The notes beneath the pieces are model-generated. The model had not been told where the DNA came from, made no database searches, and was given only the letters and a program-made list of their open reading frames with translations. A stretch of DNA of 62,416 bases, counting the filler, from a bacterium (GTDB taxonomy: Bacteria; JALSQH01): assembly GCA_026985515.1 (NCBI GenBank). It is 8 parts of 8 records of this genome, joined end to end, with 100 filler letters (N's around TTAATTAATTAA, not from the genome) between each part and the next. Parts side by side here need not be neighbours in the genome. Positions count along the whole stretch, not along the records: positions 23,080 to 34,245 come from JALSQH010000145.1; positions 34,346 to 45,428 come from JALSQH010000146.1; 6 more parts are not named here. One strand, 5' to 3'. Position 1 is the stretch's first letter. Each line of letters starts with the position of its first letter. Both the position numbers and the translations under genes were made by a program. This document shows positions 28,479-39,116 of the stretch, piece by piece.

Positions 28479-29034
28479 ATCAAAAAATCTTTACATTGCC
28501 CTTGTTCACCATCCGGTTTATGATAAGGAGAGAAGGATCATATCCACATCAATTACAAATTACGATCTTCATGACCTCTCGCGTCTTGCAAGGACCTACT
28601 CTCTGGGTGGATTTTATCTGATTACACCACATCAAAAGCAGATAGAATTGATGGAAAAAATAAAGAAGCACTGGATAGAGGGAAAGGGGAAAATCCTTCA
28701 TCCAAACAGAGGGGAAGCGCTGAAGCTTTCAGTTTTTGTTCATTCAATAGAAGAGATGATAGAAGATCTCGAAACCAGGTACAGGGAAAAAATCATCACA
28801 GTTGGAACAACAGCAAGGGAAAATTACAAATATGTACCTCCTGAAAGGATCAGGAAAATGTTGATGGAACAGAAAAAAGTTGTTATAATTTTTGGTACTG
28901 GATATGGGCTGACAGATGAGACCTTAAAATCCCTTGATGACATTATTGAGCCAATCAGAGGAGTTGGAGAATTTAATCATCTGTCGGTCAGGTCGGCAGC
29001 CTCAATAATAATTGACAGAATTTTTAATTGCTAA
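28459..29034 (+). CDS. SPOUT-family RNA methyltransferase (DUF2168-type, commonly linked to trmD)
   Basis: ALVHHPV, SITNYDLHDLSR, IFGTGYGL, FNHLSVRSAASIIIDR. Confidence 0.88.
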   Translation: MKIGENESKNLYIALVHHPVYDKERRIISTSITNYDLHDLSRLARTYSLGGFYLITPHQKQIELMEKIKKHWIEGKGKILHPNRGEALKLSVFVHSIEEMIEDLETRYREKIITVGTTARENYKYVPPERIRKMLMEQKKVVIIFGTGYGLTDETLKSLDDIIEPIRGVGEFNHLSVRSAASIIIDRIFNC

Positions 29035-29046
29035 AAGGAGACGGAA

Positions 29047-29403
29047 ATGATAATTGAAGGGGTTGAAGAAAAGTACATGAGGAAAGACCTTCCCGAAATT
29101 CATCCCGGTGACACCGTAAGGGTATATTTCAAAGTAAAAGAGGGGAACAAGGAGAGAATCCAGCCTTTTGAAGGGATAGTCATTGCAATCAGAGGAGAAG
29201 GAGTAAAAAAGACCTTCACAGTAAGAAAGATCTCCTTTGGGATCGGAGTGGAAAGGATCTTCCCCTATCACTCACCTCTGATAGAAAAAATCGAGATAAA
29301 ACAGAGGGGAAGAGTCAGAAGAGCCAAACTCTACTACCTCCGTGGCAAAGTTGGGAAAGCTGCAAAAGTAAAGGCCCTGAGGAACTTCAAAAAAGAAAGT
29401 TAA
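29047..29403 (+). CDS. rplS: 50S ribosomal protein L19
   Basis: [46 protein letters not shown]. Confidence 0.98.
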   Translation: MIIEGVEEKYMRKDLPEIHPGDTVRVYFKVKEGNKERIQPFEGIVIAIRGEGVKKTFTVRKISFGIGVERIFPYHSPLIEKIEIKQRGRVRRAKLYYLRGKVGKAAKVKALRNFKKES

Positions 29404-29412
29404 ACATTTTGA

Positions 29413-31329
29413 ATGGAGTTAAAAGAATTTTTCGTTCAGAGTGTTGGGCCATTTTACTCAGCGACAAAATTCTCTTTTAAAAAGGGACTGAATGTAATCT
29501 ATGGAAGAAATGGTACCGGGAAAACCACTCTCTCTGTAACTCTCCTCTCCCTCTTCGATGAAGAATTTTCACTTAAAAATCGTGAAAAATTGAAACCATG
29601 GGTTCCACAGGATACCCCTCCCCGTGCTGGAATTATCTTCACCCGTGAAAACAGGGTGTTCAAATACCTGAAGGATTTTGAATCTGGTGGATCAATTCTC
29701 CAGGAGAAAAAGGATGGTAAATTTACCCCTGTTGCCAGAGGAAAGGAAATAGAAAATCTTTTCATTGATGAGCTGGATCTTCCCATAGCAGGGGATCTGA
29801 GAGAAATGATTTACATACCTGAAAAAATTGAATTTCCTGTGACAGTGGAGAGTTCCACACCTGCCTTTGAATCTTCACCCTTTGAGGGCTTTGAAATGGC
29901 TTCAGAACCTCACCCCTCAGAAAACAGGGAGGAGAGACTGAAAATTTTGAAAGAGGAGCTGGAACGAGCCGAGAGAATAGAAGAACTTGAATTCAAGATG
30001 GAGGGACTTGAACAGAAGCTCTTTGACCTCAATGAAAAGGTGGGTGAAATCAAAGAAATAGAAAAAGAGGTGGAAAAATTAAATGCCTTCATTAATAAGT
30101 ATTCAGAAATTCAGAACTTTCCGGTGGATTTTAAAGAAAAACTTTTAAAGGTAAAAGATCTGGAAAGGGAAGCTGAGGAGTTAGAGGAGGAACTTAAAGA
30201 AAAAGAAGAGGAACTGGGAGAAGAAGTTGAAAGCATCAAATCCTCATTCAAAAAGTATCAAAGGGATCCAAAATTTATTGCTGCCGTGGTTGTCACCCTT
30301 CTGGGATTTATTCTTCCCAATGTAACTCATCTACCGGGATGGTTTGTATTCTTTGGACTTGGCGGAATAGTTTTTACAGTCTACCTTATAACAGTCTTCT
30401 ATCCCTCTCATGAAAAGACGATAAAAGAGAAAGAGGAAAATGCAAAAACAATTCTTGACGAAGAAAAGAAAAAGATAAAAAGCATCAGAGACGAAGTGAA
30501 GGTTTTCTATGAACTGGGAGAGTATCTGGGCGTCAGCGATCCCAAGGAGATTGGAAAATTGATTGATGGATTCTGGGCATCGGTGAGAAAAAGGGAAGAG
30601 CTTGAAAAGGAGTTGCAGAGAAAAAAAGAGGAAATTAACTACGAGGAAGTTGAGGAGAAAAGGAGGGAAATAGAGGAGGAAATATCGAGAATAAAAGAGG
30701 AACTTCAGGAACTTGGAAGACCAACCATGGACATAAACACACTGAAACAGGAAATTGCAAAACTGGAGGGGAAGAAAGAAGCCCCTGAAACTACCCCGGA
30801 TGTGGGATTTTCCACCTTTTCGGACCAGGGCTTCGAAGCCATGCCGGTGGAGGAGAACAATGAAGCTCCACAGGTGTTTAAAAAGTTGCTTCAGTTAGGA
30901 GAAAAACTCTCCAGAAGAACAACTGATCAGTTAATTGCAGGGGTTCAGGACCGCTTTGACAGGTATCTCACCTTTCTCAGCAACAGAAGATTTATCAAAG
31001 CGACAATAGAAGAGGATTACTCCATAACCTTTACCTGTGCTCCTGCAGACAGAGAAGTGAGGTGGCATCTTCTATCTGAAGGGGATCTTATGATAATTTA
31101 CCTTGCCCTATATCTCAGCATTGTTGAACTGGTTTCCCTCAACAGGAATCTTCCCCTCATCGTGGATAATTCCTTCAGTCAGTTAGATGACTCAACTTTT
31201 ACCCTTCTCCTGAAGTTACTGAGAAAAATGGGTGAAAAGATCCAGATTATCCTCTTTTCCGGGAGGGAAATTGCTTTAAAGGCAGCTCACCATTCACTGA
31301 AATTGGGAGATCTATCCGGTGCTGTTTAA
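29413..31329 (+). CDS. SMC/Rad50-like (YhaN-type) coiled-coil P-loop protein with two central TM helices
   Basis: GLNVIYGRNGTGKTT Walker A, long coiled coils, hydrophobic hairpin FIAAVVVTLLGFILP..WFVFFGLGGIVFTVYLITVFY, C-terminal LSEGD and LPLIVDNSF. Confidence 0.8.
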   Translation: MELKEFFVQSVGPFYSATKFSFKKGLNVIYGRNGTGKTTLSVTLLSLFDEEFSLKNREKLKPWVPQDTPPRAGIIFTRENRVFKYLKDFESGGSILQEKKDGKFTPVARGKEIENLFIDELDLPIAGDLREMIYIPEKIEFPVTVESSTPAFESSPFEGFEMASEPHPSENREERLKILKEELERAERIEELEFKMEGLEQKLFDLNEKVGEIKEIEKEVEKLNAFINKYSEIQNFPVDFKEKLLKVKDLEREAEELEEELKEKEEELGEEVESIKSSFKKYQRDPKFIAAVVVTLLGFILPNVTHLPGWFVFFGLGGIVFTVYLITVFYPSHEKTIKEKEENAKTILDEEKKKIKSIRDEVKVFYELGEYLGVSDPKEIGKLIDGFWASVRKREELEKELQRKKEEINYEEVEEKRREIEEEISRIKEELQELGRPTMDINTLKQEIAKLEGKKEAPETTPDVGFSTFSDQGFEAMPVEENNEAPQVFKKLLQLGEKLSRRTTDQLIAGVQDRFDRYLTFLSNRRFIKATIEEDYSITFTCAPADREVRWHLLSEGDLMIIYLALYLSIVELVSLNRNLPLIVDNSFSQLDDSTFTLLLKLLRKMGEKIQIILFSGREIALKAAHHSLKLGDLSGAV

Positions 31330-31939
31330 AAAGCCTGGAATAAGTTTTGAGTGGGAAGATTACCTGATCTCCAGAGGATTAACGCCTGTTGCAGGAATAG
31401 ATGAAGCTGGAAGGGGTCCCCTCGCAGGGCCTGTGGTGGCAGCAGCGGCAATAATACTTGACAGAGAAAGTATCATCAAATCGGGTATCAATGATTCAAA
31501 ACAACTGGACAGAGAAAGGAGGGAAGAACTTTTTGAGTGGCTGATAAACTCAGAAGTTCTCATATGGGGAGCAGGAGCTGCAAGTGTAAGGGAAATTGAG
31601 AAATTTAACATTCTCAATGCCACATTCATTGCCATGAAAAGGGCAATAAACAATCTCCCCCTCAAACCAGGTGCGGTCCTTATAGATGGTAACAGAAAAA
31701 TTCCCGACCTTACCATTTTTCAGGCCACCGTTGTAAAGGGAGACAGTAAGAGCTACTCCATTGCGGCAGCATCCATTATTGCAAAGGTTCTGAGAGACAG
31801 ACTGATGAGAAAGCTGGCAAATTTCTACCCACAGTACGGATGGGAAAGAAATGTGGGGTATCCCACGAAGGACCATAAGAGAATGATAAAAAAAATTGGA
31901 ATAACTCCCCACCACAGAAAGAGCTTCATACATGAATAA
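31319..31939 (+). CDS. rnhB: Ribonuclease HII
   Basis: AGIDEAGRGPLAGPV, INDSKQL, LIDGN, KGDSKSYSIAAASIIAKV.RD, HHRKSF. Confidence 0.97.
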   Translation: MLFKKPGISFEWEDYLISRGLTPVAGIDEAGRGPLAGPVVAAAAIILDRESIIKSGINDSKQLDRERREELFEWLINSEVLIWGAGAASVREIEKFNILNATFIAMKRAINNLPLKPGAVLIDGNRKIPDLTIFQATVVKGDSKSYSIAAASIIAKVLRDRLMRKLANFYPQYGWERNVGYPTKDHKRMIKKIGITPHHRKSFIHE

Positions 31940-32297
31940 CAGGGAAAAGGGAAGAATTGCTGAAAATCTCGCTGAGGCATACTACAGATTCAGGGGTTAC
32001 AGGGTGGTTGCCAGAAATTTTCATTCACATTATGGTGAAATTGATCTGATACTGGAGAAAGGAAGAGAATTGAGAATTGTGGAGGTAAAATCCTCCTGGT
32101 ACAGAATAAGAGATAGAAATGAACTGGGTAACAGAGTAACAAGAAGAAAAATCAGACACTTAGCTTTTGCACTTGAGAAATTCCTTTCAATCAATGGAAG
32201 TAACTTTGAGAACAGAAGCTTCATCTTTGAAGTTCTTTTCGTGCTGGTGGGAAGGGAACATATTGAATTCCTCCCCTTCTCAGCTCCCGCAATTTAG
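31932..32297 (+). CDS. yraN: YraN family (UPF0102) putative nuclease
   Basis: GRIAENLA..GYRVVARNF..GEIDLI..IVEVK; canonical position after rnhB. Confidence 0.88.
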   Translation: MNNREKGRIAENLAEAYYRFRGYRVVARNFHSHYGEIDLILEKGRELRIVEVKSSWYRIRDRNELGNRVTRRKIRHLAFALEKFLSINGSNFENRSFIFEVLFVLVGREHIEFLPFSAPAI

Positions 32298-32382
32298 CAT
32301 ATTTTTGCAATGGACATTACCCCCTACCCCAATTCCTGCTTTATCATGAATTACCATGAATCTGGTTAAAGAGGGAGTCACT

Positions 32383-34245
32383 TTACCCCTTTTTCGCCTC
32401 CTGAGATCTGGCCTTCTCCATTTTTACTCTTTCCTGCTCTCTGAGCCTCTCCTCAGTCACCTTCAACATATCTGATATGGCTCCAATATGCTCTCTGAAA
32501 ATTGAAAGGAAATTCTCTTTGTCAAGCCATAACAACTTACAATCTGTTACAGCCCTGACAGTTGCAGTCCTTGGTACATCTTTAAGGAGTGCAATTTCGC
32601 CAAAATAGGAGCCAGGTCCAAGTTCAGCCAGCTTTATCTCCCTGTAATAATCATCAGTTATCTGCTCAAGAATGACCTCAACTTTCCCTTCCTGGAGGAG
32701 ATAAAACTTATCTCCCCTTTCTCCCTGTTTAATGATGGTTGTCCCCGCAGAAACTTCCATTGGTTTCATTTTACTTACAATTTCCAGAAGTTCTCTTGAG
32801 GAAAAGTCGCTGAAAAGGGGTAACCTTCTGAGAAATTGAGAGGTTCTGATGATAAATGTGATCTTCTCCCCGGGGCCAAAAGTTCCCATCAGGTACTTCC
32901 TGAAGGGCTCTTTTTCAAGTGAGATCAGTTCAATATCTGTTTTTGCTCTAACAGTTGCCGTTCTCTTTACATTCTCAATGAGGGCTATTTCACCAAAGCA
33001 ATCTCCCGGTCCAAGTTCCGCCACCACATGCTCCAGTCCGCTCTTCTCTTCATATATGACATCTGCGTAACCTGATCTTATAGTGTAGAACTTGTCCCCT
33101 TCCTCACCCTGAGTAACGATGTTCCTGCCTGCAGGGAATTTCTCAACCCTGAGAAACTTCATAATTTCACGAAGTTCACTTTCAGGAAGGGCGGAAAAGA
33201 GGGGAACCTGTTTCAATTCCTCAAGCATTTCCGGCTCAAAAGGTCTCACTATCCCCTTACCTGACTGAAATCTGAGCATGGCCTCTTTTATCACCGAAAC
33301 CACAAGAGCCACAAATCTGATAATCAGATAGGCAATCAGAAGCACGGCAAGAATTACAGCGGGGAGGAAGAGAAGCACAGTGAATACCCTGTAACCAGGA
33401 GGTTCAAAAATGAAGATGTCACCAAAGGCTGGATTAAGATAATACACACCTTCAATGGCGTCATAGAGGAAAATTATGTTGAAAATCTTAAAAGAAACAT
33501 AACCGAGGAGAACAAGCCAGAGGAGTCCATAAAGTCCCACCAGTGTATAAATCAGCTCCTCTCTGTAAGATTCCTTTGAAAGTTCCATCTTTCCCAGGAA
33601 AAAACGCCTTCTGAAAAAGGTGATGGTCCTCAGCCTGAGCTGGGAGATGTTGAAAATCTCCTCAAAAAGTTTTACTCCATCACTTTCAATAAACGGAATT
33701 GTTTGCAGAAAAATCATCAGAAGGGAGGTAAAAGTTGTCAATGATGCTATCTGGATGTATGAATTCCATTCACCCTGATAGAAAATAAAAAATGGTGCCA
33801 TAACAGCAATCGGGAAGAGATAGGAGATGAAAACCCCGGAATAATAAAATACCTTTTCTCTCCTTGACGACATTATTACATCAGCATCATCAACTCGGGG
33901 GAAAATCAAGCCATACAGAAAGTACAATTCAAGATTGAGAACACTGCGTTCCACAGCCTTCAGGCCAAGTCCTTTTATAAAAGCACGGTTAAAAAAGAGG
34001 AAAAGTACTACAAAGTAGGTAATAGTAAAACCCAGACCATACGACTCATTAACCTGAAAAAGATAATGGGGGACAGAGGACATTTCACTGAAAAAGAGAA
34101 TTATTCCCAGTACAGCAAGAATAAGAATGAGAGAGATCATGAAGGGACTGAAAACAAACTTCCCCATAAAATTGTACAGAGACTCAAAAAAGCCTTCAGC
34201 TGCATAGTAACCTGTCTGAAAGAACTTTATTCCTCTGAATAACTC
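32383..34245 (-). CDS. C-terminal part of a membrane protein: M50-like TM domain plus two cNMP-binding domains (continues on the next contig)
   Basis: Two cNMP domains (FGEIALIENVKRTATVRA; FGEIALLKDVPRTATVRA); multiple TM helices; 34111-34245 duplicates 34346-34480. Confidence 0.88.
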   Translation of the reverse strand, partial: ELFRGIKFFQTGYYAAEGFFESLYNFMGKFVFSPFMISLILILAVLGIILFFSEMSSVPHYLFQVNESYGLGFTITYFVVLFLFFNRAFIKGLGLKAVERSVLNLELYFLYGLIFPRVDDADVIMSSRREKVFYYSGVFISYLFPIAVMAPFFIFYQGEWNSYIQIASLTTFTSLLMIFLQTIPFIESDGVKLFEEIFNISQLRLRTITFFRRRFFLGKMELSKESYREELIYTLVGLYGLLWLVLLGYVSFKIFNIIFLYDAIEGVYYLNPAFGDIFIFEPPGYRVFTVLLFLPAVILAVLLIAYLIIRFVALVVSVIKEAMLRFQSGKGIVRPFEPEMLEELKQVPLFSALPESELREIMKFLRVEKFPAGRNIVTQGEEGDKFYTIRSGYADVIYEEKSGLEHVVAELGPGDCFGEIALIENVKRTATVRAKTDIELISLEKEPFRKYLMGTFGPGEKITFIIRTSQFLRRLPLFSDFSSRELLEIVSKMKPMEVSAGTTIIKQGERGDKFYLLQEGKVEVILEQITDDYYREIKLAELGPGSYFGEIALLKDVPRTATVRAVTDCKLLWLDKENFLSIFREHIGAISDMLKVTEERLREQERVKMEKARSQEAKKG

Positions 34246-34345
34246 NNNNNNNNNNNNNNNNNNNNNNNNNNNNNNNNNNNNNNNNNNNNTTAATTAATTA
34301 ANNNNNNNNNNNNNNNNNNNNNNNNNNNNNNNNNNNNNNNNNNNN
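34246..34345. other. Artificial linker between two contigs that actually overlap by 135 nt
   Basis: N-run with TTAATTAATTAA core; flanking sequences are duplicated. Confidence 0.97.
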
Positions 34346-34846
34346 TACAGCAATAATAAGAATGAGAGAGATCATGAAGGGACTGAAAACAAACTTCCCC
34401 ATAAAATTGTACAGAGACTCAAAAAAGCCTTCAGCTGCATAGTAACCTGTCTGAAAGAACTTTATTCCTCTGAATAACTCCGAAAAAATTTCATCAAAAG
34501 TTCTTCTTTTCCGGGGTCTTGGTATGATGCTCCAGAGCTGGTCAGAATTCTCAATAAAGCCATTTTCGGCAAGGGTTAAAATTAAATTTTTAACTTTTGT
34601 ACTTGATAATTCCCTGGTTTTCTCAAAATACAGTCTTACAAGTTGTTCAAAATTCTTCCTCCCATCCATATTCTCAAACAGATAAAATTCAGGAGCGGAG
34701 AGAGTAAGATACTTCATCTGTCTGGGATTTTTGAGGTAGTAAAATTCACCATCAACTTTTATCACCTGTACGGCCACATAATCTCTGATGGCTCTTGGCC
34801 TGAATCTTGAAAATTCCTTGATTCCCCTTCCCTGTTTGTTACTCAT
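34346..34846 (-). CDS. N-terminal part (PqqD/RRE-like domain) of the same cNMP membrane protein
   Basis: GEFYYLKNPRQMKYLTLSAPEFYLFENMDGRKNFEQL..VKNLILTLAENGFI. Ends in MGKFVFSPFMISLILI, identical to the start of the 32383-34167 ORF. SD GGGGAG favours a start at 34846. Confidence 0.85.
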
Positions 34847-34874
34847 TGATAGACTCCCCATCTAATTTCTTTAA

Positions 34875-34940
34875 ATGTTAACATTATGCACACAAAAGGT
34901 CAAATTTTTAGATTGACTTATCCAACTTTCTGCTTACATT
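34875..34940. promoter_or_regulatory. Back-to-back sigma70-type promoters for the cNMP protein (minus) and clpB (plus)
   Basis: Minus strand: TTGACC(34903-34898)-17-TAACAT with TG extension. Plus strand: TTGACT(34913-34918)-16-TACATT. Confidence 0.55.
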
Positions 34941-34982
34941 TTAGAAGGGAACACAAAAAATTTACCATAAGGAGGTGATAAA

Positions 34983-37586
34983 ATGTGGCCGGATAAATAC
35001 ACAATTAAAGCAAGGGAAGCAATACAACTTGCACATAAAGAGGTGATGAAAAGGGGACATCAGCAGATAGAACCTGAACATCTTCTCTATGCCCTTCTTG
35101 AACAGGAAGGAGGAATAACCGTACCTATTTTCCAGAAGATGGGTGTTGACCCTGCCGTGGTGAAAGCAAGGCTGGAAGAGGCATTCCAGCTTATACCCAG
35201 AGTGGAAGGCGCTCAGGCGGTGGACAGGATGTATGTTTCTCCAAAAGTTCAGGAAATTATGAACAAGGCTGAGGAAGAGGCTAAAAACCTGAAGGATGAG
35301 TATGTCAGCACCGAACATCTTCTCCTTGCCATGATAGAAGTCAGGGGGACAAAAGTTTACGATATACTCACCCAGTTAGGAGTTACCAGAGATCTTCTGA
35401 TGCAATCACTGATGCAGGTGAGAGGGCATCAGAGAGTTGTGGATGACAATCCTGAAGAAAAATACCAGGCTCTGGAAAAGTATGGTAGAGACCTGACAGA
35501 GCTTGCGAGGAGAGGAAAACTGGATCCAGTTATTGGAAGGGATGAGGAGATCAGGAGATCAATTCAGGTACTTCTGAGAAGGACCAAGAACAATCCCGTG
35601 CTGATAGGAGAACCGGGCGTTGGAAAGACAGCCATCGTTGAGGGAATCGCACAGAGGATTGTCAATGGTGATGTGCCAGAAGGATTGAAAAATAAGAGAA
35701 TCGTTGCCCTGGATATGGGAGCACTCTTAGCAGGAGCAAAATACAGGGGAGAATTTGAGGAAAGGCTGAAAGCAGTGATAAAGGAAGTGGTTGAATCTGA
35801 AGGCGAAATAATCCTCTTCATAGATGAGATCCACACCATTGTTGGTGCTGGTGCCGCTGAAGGTGCGGTGGATGCATCCAATATGCTGAAACCTGCCCTT
35901 GCACGGGGAGAGCTGAGGTGTATAGGTGCCACTACCCTTGATGAATACAGAAAATACATTGAAAAGGACAAAGCTCTCGAAAGAAGGTTTCAGCCCGTAT
36001 ATGTAAGAGAGCCCACAGTTGAAGAAACAATCGCGATTCTCAGAGGATTGAAAGAAAAGTATGAAGTTCATCATGGAGTGAGAATCACCGATGGTGCAAT
36101 CATTGCCGCCGCAAGACTCTCTCACAGATACATAACGGATAGATTCCTCCCGGACAAAGCAATTGACCTGATCGATGAGGCAGCGAGCCGTCTGAAGATG
36201 CAGATCCAGTCCGTTCCTGAACCAATTGATCAGCTCCAGAGGAAAATAATACAGTTAGAAATTGAAAAGCAGGCTCTCCAGAAGGAAACAGATGAAGCCA
36301 GCAAGGAAAGATTAAAGAAAGTGGAGGAAGAAATTGCAAATCTTCAGGAAAAACTGCAGCAACTGATGTCCAGATGGGAGGCTGAAAAGCAGGTTATTCA
36401 GAAAATTCAGGACATTAAAGCACGAATAGATGAAACAAAGATAAAAATCCAGCAGGCAGAGAGGACCGGTGATTACGACACCGCTGCAAGATTAAAATAT
36501 GGTGATCTGGTAAATCTTCAGAAGGAGCTGGAAGAAGCACAGAAGGAACTTGAAAAATTTGGCGAAGAAAGACTTCTAAAGGAAGAAGTCACCGAAGAAG
36601 ATATAGCAAAAATTGTTTCAGAATGGACTGGAATTCCTGTTTCCAAAATGCTTGAGAGTGAAAAGGAGAAACTCCTCAAAATGGAGGAGAGACTGCGGCA
36701 GAGGGTTGTTGGTCAGGATGAGGCTCTCAGAGCTGTTGCAAATGCCATCAGAAGGGCAAGGGCAGGCCTTCAGGACCCAAACAGGCCTCTTGGTAGTTTT
36801 ATCTTTCTGGGACCCACAGGGGTGGGTAAAACTGAGACAGCAAGATCACTTGCAGAGTTTCTCTTTGACGATGAGAACGCAATGATAAGAATAGACATGT
36901 CTGAGTATATGGAAAAACACTCAGTTGCAAGGCTCATAGGTGCTCCACCGGGATATGTGGGATATGAGGAAGGTGGCTATCTCACCGAGCAGGTGAGGAG
37001 ACGCCCATACTCAGTGGTGCTCTTTGACGAGATAGAGAAGGCTCATCCCGATGTTTTCAACATCCTCCTCCAGATTCTTGATGACGGAAGGCTGACTGAT
37101 AGTCATGGAAGGACAGTTGACTTTAAAAACACCGTCATCATAATGACTTCAAACATTGGTAGCCAGTTCATAACTGATGCTGCCAGGGTGGGTGACAGAG
37201 AAGAGGTGAGAAGAAGGGTTATGGATGCCCTCAGAGGTAACTTCAAACCTGAATTTCTCAACAGAATTGATGAAATAGTAATCTTCAATCCTCTCACGAG
37301 GGAACATATCAAGGGGATCATTGATATTCAGTTGAGAAGATTGAAGGAGAGACTCTCTGAAAGAAGAATGGATATTGAACTGACTGAGAGAGCAAAGGAT
37401 TACATTGCCGAGGTGGGTTACGATCCTGTTTATGGAGCAAGACCACTTAAAAGAGCCATCCAGAGATACATCCTTGATCCCCTTGCTGTGGAGATTCTTG
37501 AGGGTAAGTTTAAAGATGGTGACACAATAGTTGTTGATTACGACGACAGCGTAAAGAGAATTGTCTTCAAAAAGAAAGAAAAGTAA
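34983..37586 (+). CDS. clpB: ATP-dependent chaperone ClpB
   Basis: [23 protein letters not shown], coiled-coil M domain, [42 protein letters not shown]; 867 aa. Confidence 0.98.
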   Translation: MWPDKYTIKAREAIQLAHKEVMKRGHQQIEPEHLLYALLEQEGGITVPIFQKMGVDPAVVKARLEEAFQLIPRVEGAQAVDRMYVSPKVQEIMNKAEEEAKNLKDEYVSTEHLLLAMIEVRGTKVYDILTQLGVTRDLLMQSLMQVRGHQRVVDDNPEEKYQALEKYGRDLTELARRGKLDPVIGRDEEIRRSIQVLLRRTKNNPVLIGEPGVGKTAIVEGIAQRIVNGDVPEGLKNKRIVALDMGALLAGAKYRGEFEERLKAVIKEVVESEGEIILFIDEIHTIVGAGAAEGAVDASNMLKPALARGELRCIGATTLDEYRKYIEKDKALERRFQPVYVREPTVEETIAILRGLKEKYEVHHGVRITDGAIIAAARLSHRYITDRFLPDKAIDLIDEAASRLKMQIQSVPEPIDQLQRKIIQLEIEKQALQKETDEASKERLKKVEEEIANLQEKLQQLMSRWEAEKQVIQKIQDIKARIDETKIKIQQAERTGDYDTAARLKYGDLVNLQKELEEAQKELEKFGEERLLKEEVTEEDIAKIVSEWTGIPVSKMLESEKEKLLKMEERLRQRVVGQDEALRAVANAIRRARAGLQDPNRPLGSFIFLGPTGVGKTETARSLAEFLFDDENAMIRIDMSEYMEKHSVARLIGAPPGYVGYEEGGYLTEQVRRRPYSVVLFDEIEKAHPDVFNILLQILDDGRLTDSHGRTVDFKNTVIIMTSNIGSQFITDAARVGDREEVRRRVMDALRGNFKPEFLNRIDEIVIFNPLTREHIKGIIDIQLRRLKERLSERRMDIELTERAKDYIAEVGYDPVYGARPLKRAIQRYILDPLAVEILEGKFKDGDTIVVDYDDSVKRIVFKKKEK

Positions 37587-37590
37587 AAGT

Positions 37591-38247
37591 TCAGCGATGC
37601 CTCCTCACTCCCACTCTATCACAGTAGGGTGTGAGGGGGCACTCTGAACAGCGGGGAGAGAGAGGAGTACATATATTCTGGCCAAAGGTAACCAGCAGAT
37701 TGTTTATGTCCTTCCAGTACTTCTGTGGTAGTTTTTTTCTCAGGGCCATCTCCGTTTCTTCAGGAGTTTTTGTCTTAACATAACCCAATCTGTTCATGAT
37801 TCTGTGGACATGTGTATCAACGCATATTCCAGGCTTATCATATCCAAGCGTTAAAACCAGATTAGCAGTTTTTCTCCCGACACCGGGTAACTTCAGCAAT
37901 TCTTCCAGCGTATCGGGAACTTTACCTCCATATTTCTCCAGCAAAATTCTTGATATTTCAATTATTCTCCTGGCCTTATTTCTGTAAAATCCCACAGGAT
38001 AAATTAACTTCTGAATCTCCTCCGGGGAAAGCTTTACCATTTCCTGAGGCGTGGAAGCCCTGGTAAACAACCTCCTTGATGCCTCAGCAGTCACCTCATC
38101 CTTTGTTCTCAAACTGAGAAGAGTCGTTATGAGAATCTGGTAGGGTGTCCTTTTTTGATTGCTGTAAAGGGTGACAATGGGTGTGTTAAAATTTTTCGTC
38201 GTTTCCCGCAAAATTTTTACAACCTGAACAATATCACTGTCCTTCAT
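37591..38247 (-). CDS. nth: Endonuclease III (HhH-GPD, 4Fe-4S)
   Basis: [47 protein letters not shown]. Confidence 0.93.
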   Translation of the reverse strand: MKDSDIVQVVKILRETTKNFNTPIVTLYSNQKRTPYQILITTLLSLRTKDEVTAEASRRLFTRASTPQEMVKLSPEEIQKLIYPVGFYRNKARRIIEISRILLEKYGGKVPDTLEELLKLPGVGRKTANLVLTLGYDKPGICVDTHVHRIMNRLGYVKTKTPEETEMALRKKLPQKYWKDINNLLVTFGQNICTPLSPRCSECPLTPYCDRVGVRRHR

Positions 38248-39113
38248 CTCAGGAAAAAAGCCAGTCTGCCACCCAGATGTTTCATGTAAAGCCCACCCGG
38301 AGATTTGTAGAAACCTGCTGCCGGGAGAAACAAACCAATCTTCTGTTCAAGTTCGCTGTCCAGTTTCATTTTAACGGTGAGATCAAGAATGGAATTTTCG
38401 AGAGGAGTTCTGAGCACAACGCTCCCTCCCACCTTCACATACCTCTGTCTGTCCCCAAGATTGAAATTCTCTATTCTCAATTTACCATTGTCAATCCTTC
38501 CCATAACCGAGAGGGTATCCAGTTTCAAGGTGTCGAGACCTATGAGTTTCAAATAACCACCATCAGAAAGAGTAACCCCTCTGCCCTCCACAGCCAGCAA
38601 TCCTCTGCTCTTTTCCCACTTCCCGGGATAGGAAATCTGGATTTTTCCCTTTAAAATACCTTCAAGCTTCGTACCCTGCAGTTTTTCCTCAAGAAAAGGA
38701 AGTCTGGAAAGATCAAGGGAGGAAAAATTCAGATCAAGATGAAAGGTCTCTCCAGAAGAAACAAATGCATTGACTTTCGCTGAAGGATCCTCAATTCTGA
38801 TATGAAGATCAAGCTTGCCACCGAGCAACTTTGTGTATGAAGGCTTCACGGAGACCTTCTCAAGGGAAAATTCTCCCGCAGGAAAAGTGAGGTGGAGGTT
38901 TTTCACCTTTATTCCTGAAAGGAGGGAGAATTTTAAATCTGAATAGGTTATGTTCAGATCACTTGAAGAGTTGAACCTTTCTATTATCTCATCAATGATT
39001 TCACCTCCCGGGAATGTTACAAATAAAAAAAGGAAAAAGAAAAGAAAGAAGAGGAGAAGATAAAAGAGCTTCTCCTTCTTCTCAATTTTTTCAACCCACT
39101 CTTCAACCTTCAT
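38244..39113 (-). CDS. gspN: Type II secretion system protein N (deltaproteobacterial GspN-like)
   Basis: N-terminal TM ending in 'TFP', beta-rich periplasmic body, [12 protein letters not shown]; follows GspL and GspM. Confidence 0.7.
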   Translation of the reverse strand: MKVEEWVEKIEKKEKLFYLLLFFLFFFLFLFVTFPGGEIIDEIIERFNSSSDLNITYSDLKFSLLSGIKVKNLHLTFPAGEFSLEKVSVKPSYTKLLGGKLDLHIRIEDPSAKVNAFVSSGETFHLDLNFSSLDLSRLPFLEEKLQGTKLEGILKGKIQISYPGKWEKSRGLLAVEGRGVTLSDGGYLKLIGLDTLKLDTLSVMGRIDNGKLRIENFNLGDRQRYVKVGGSVVLRTPLENSILDLTVKMKLDSELEQKIGLFLPAAGFYKSPGGLYMKHLGGRLAFFLR

Positions 39114-39116
39114 CTC

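Noticed and set aside
34111-34480. Genuine tandem duplication or DGR-like template/variable repeat pair
   Set aside because: The copies sit exactly at two contig ends on either side of a linker and restore one ORF when merged. No reverse transcriptase is present.
34862-34982. CIRCE, HAIR or CtsR heat-shock operator upstream of clpB
   Set aside because: No TTAGCACTC-N9-GAGTGCTAA or CTTGAGT-N7-ACTCAAG. The GGTCAA..TTGACT inverted pair is explained by two back-to-back -35 boxes.
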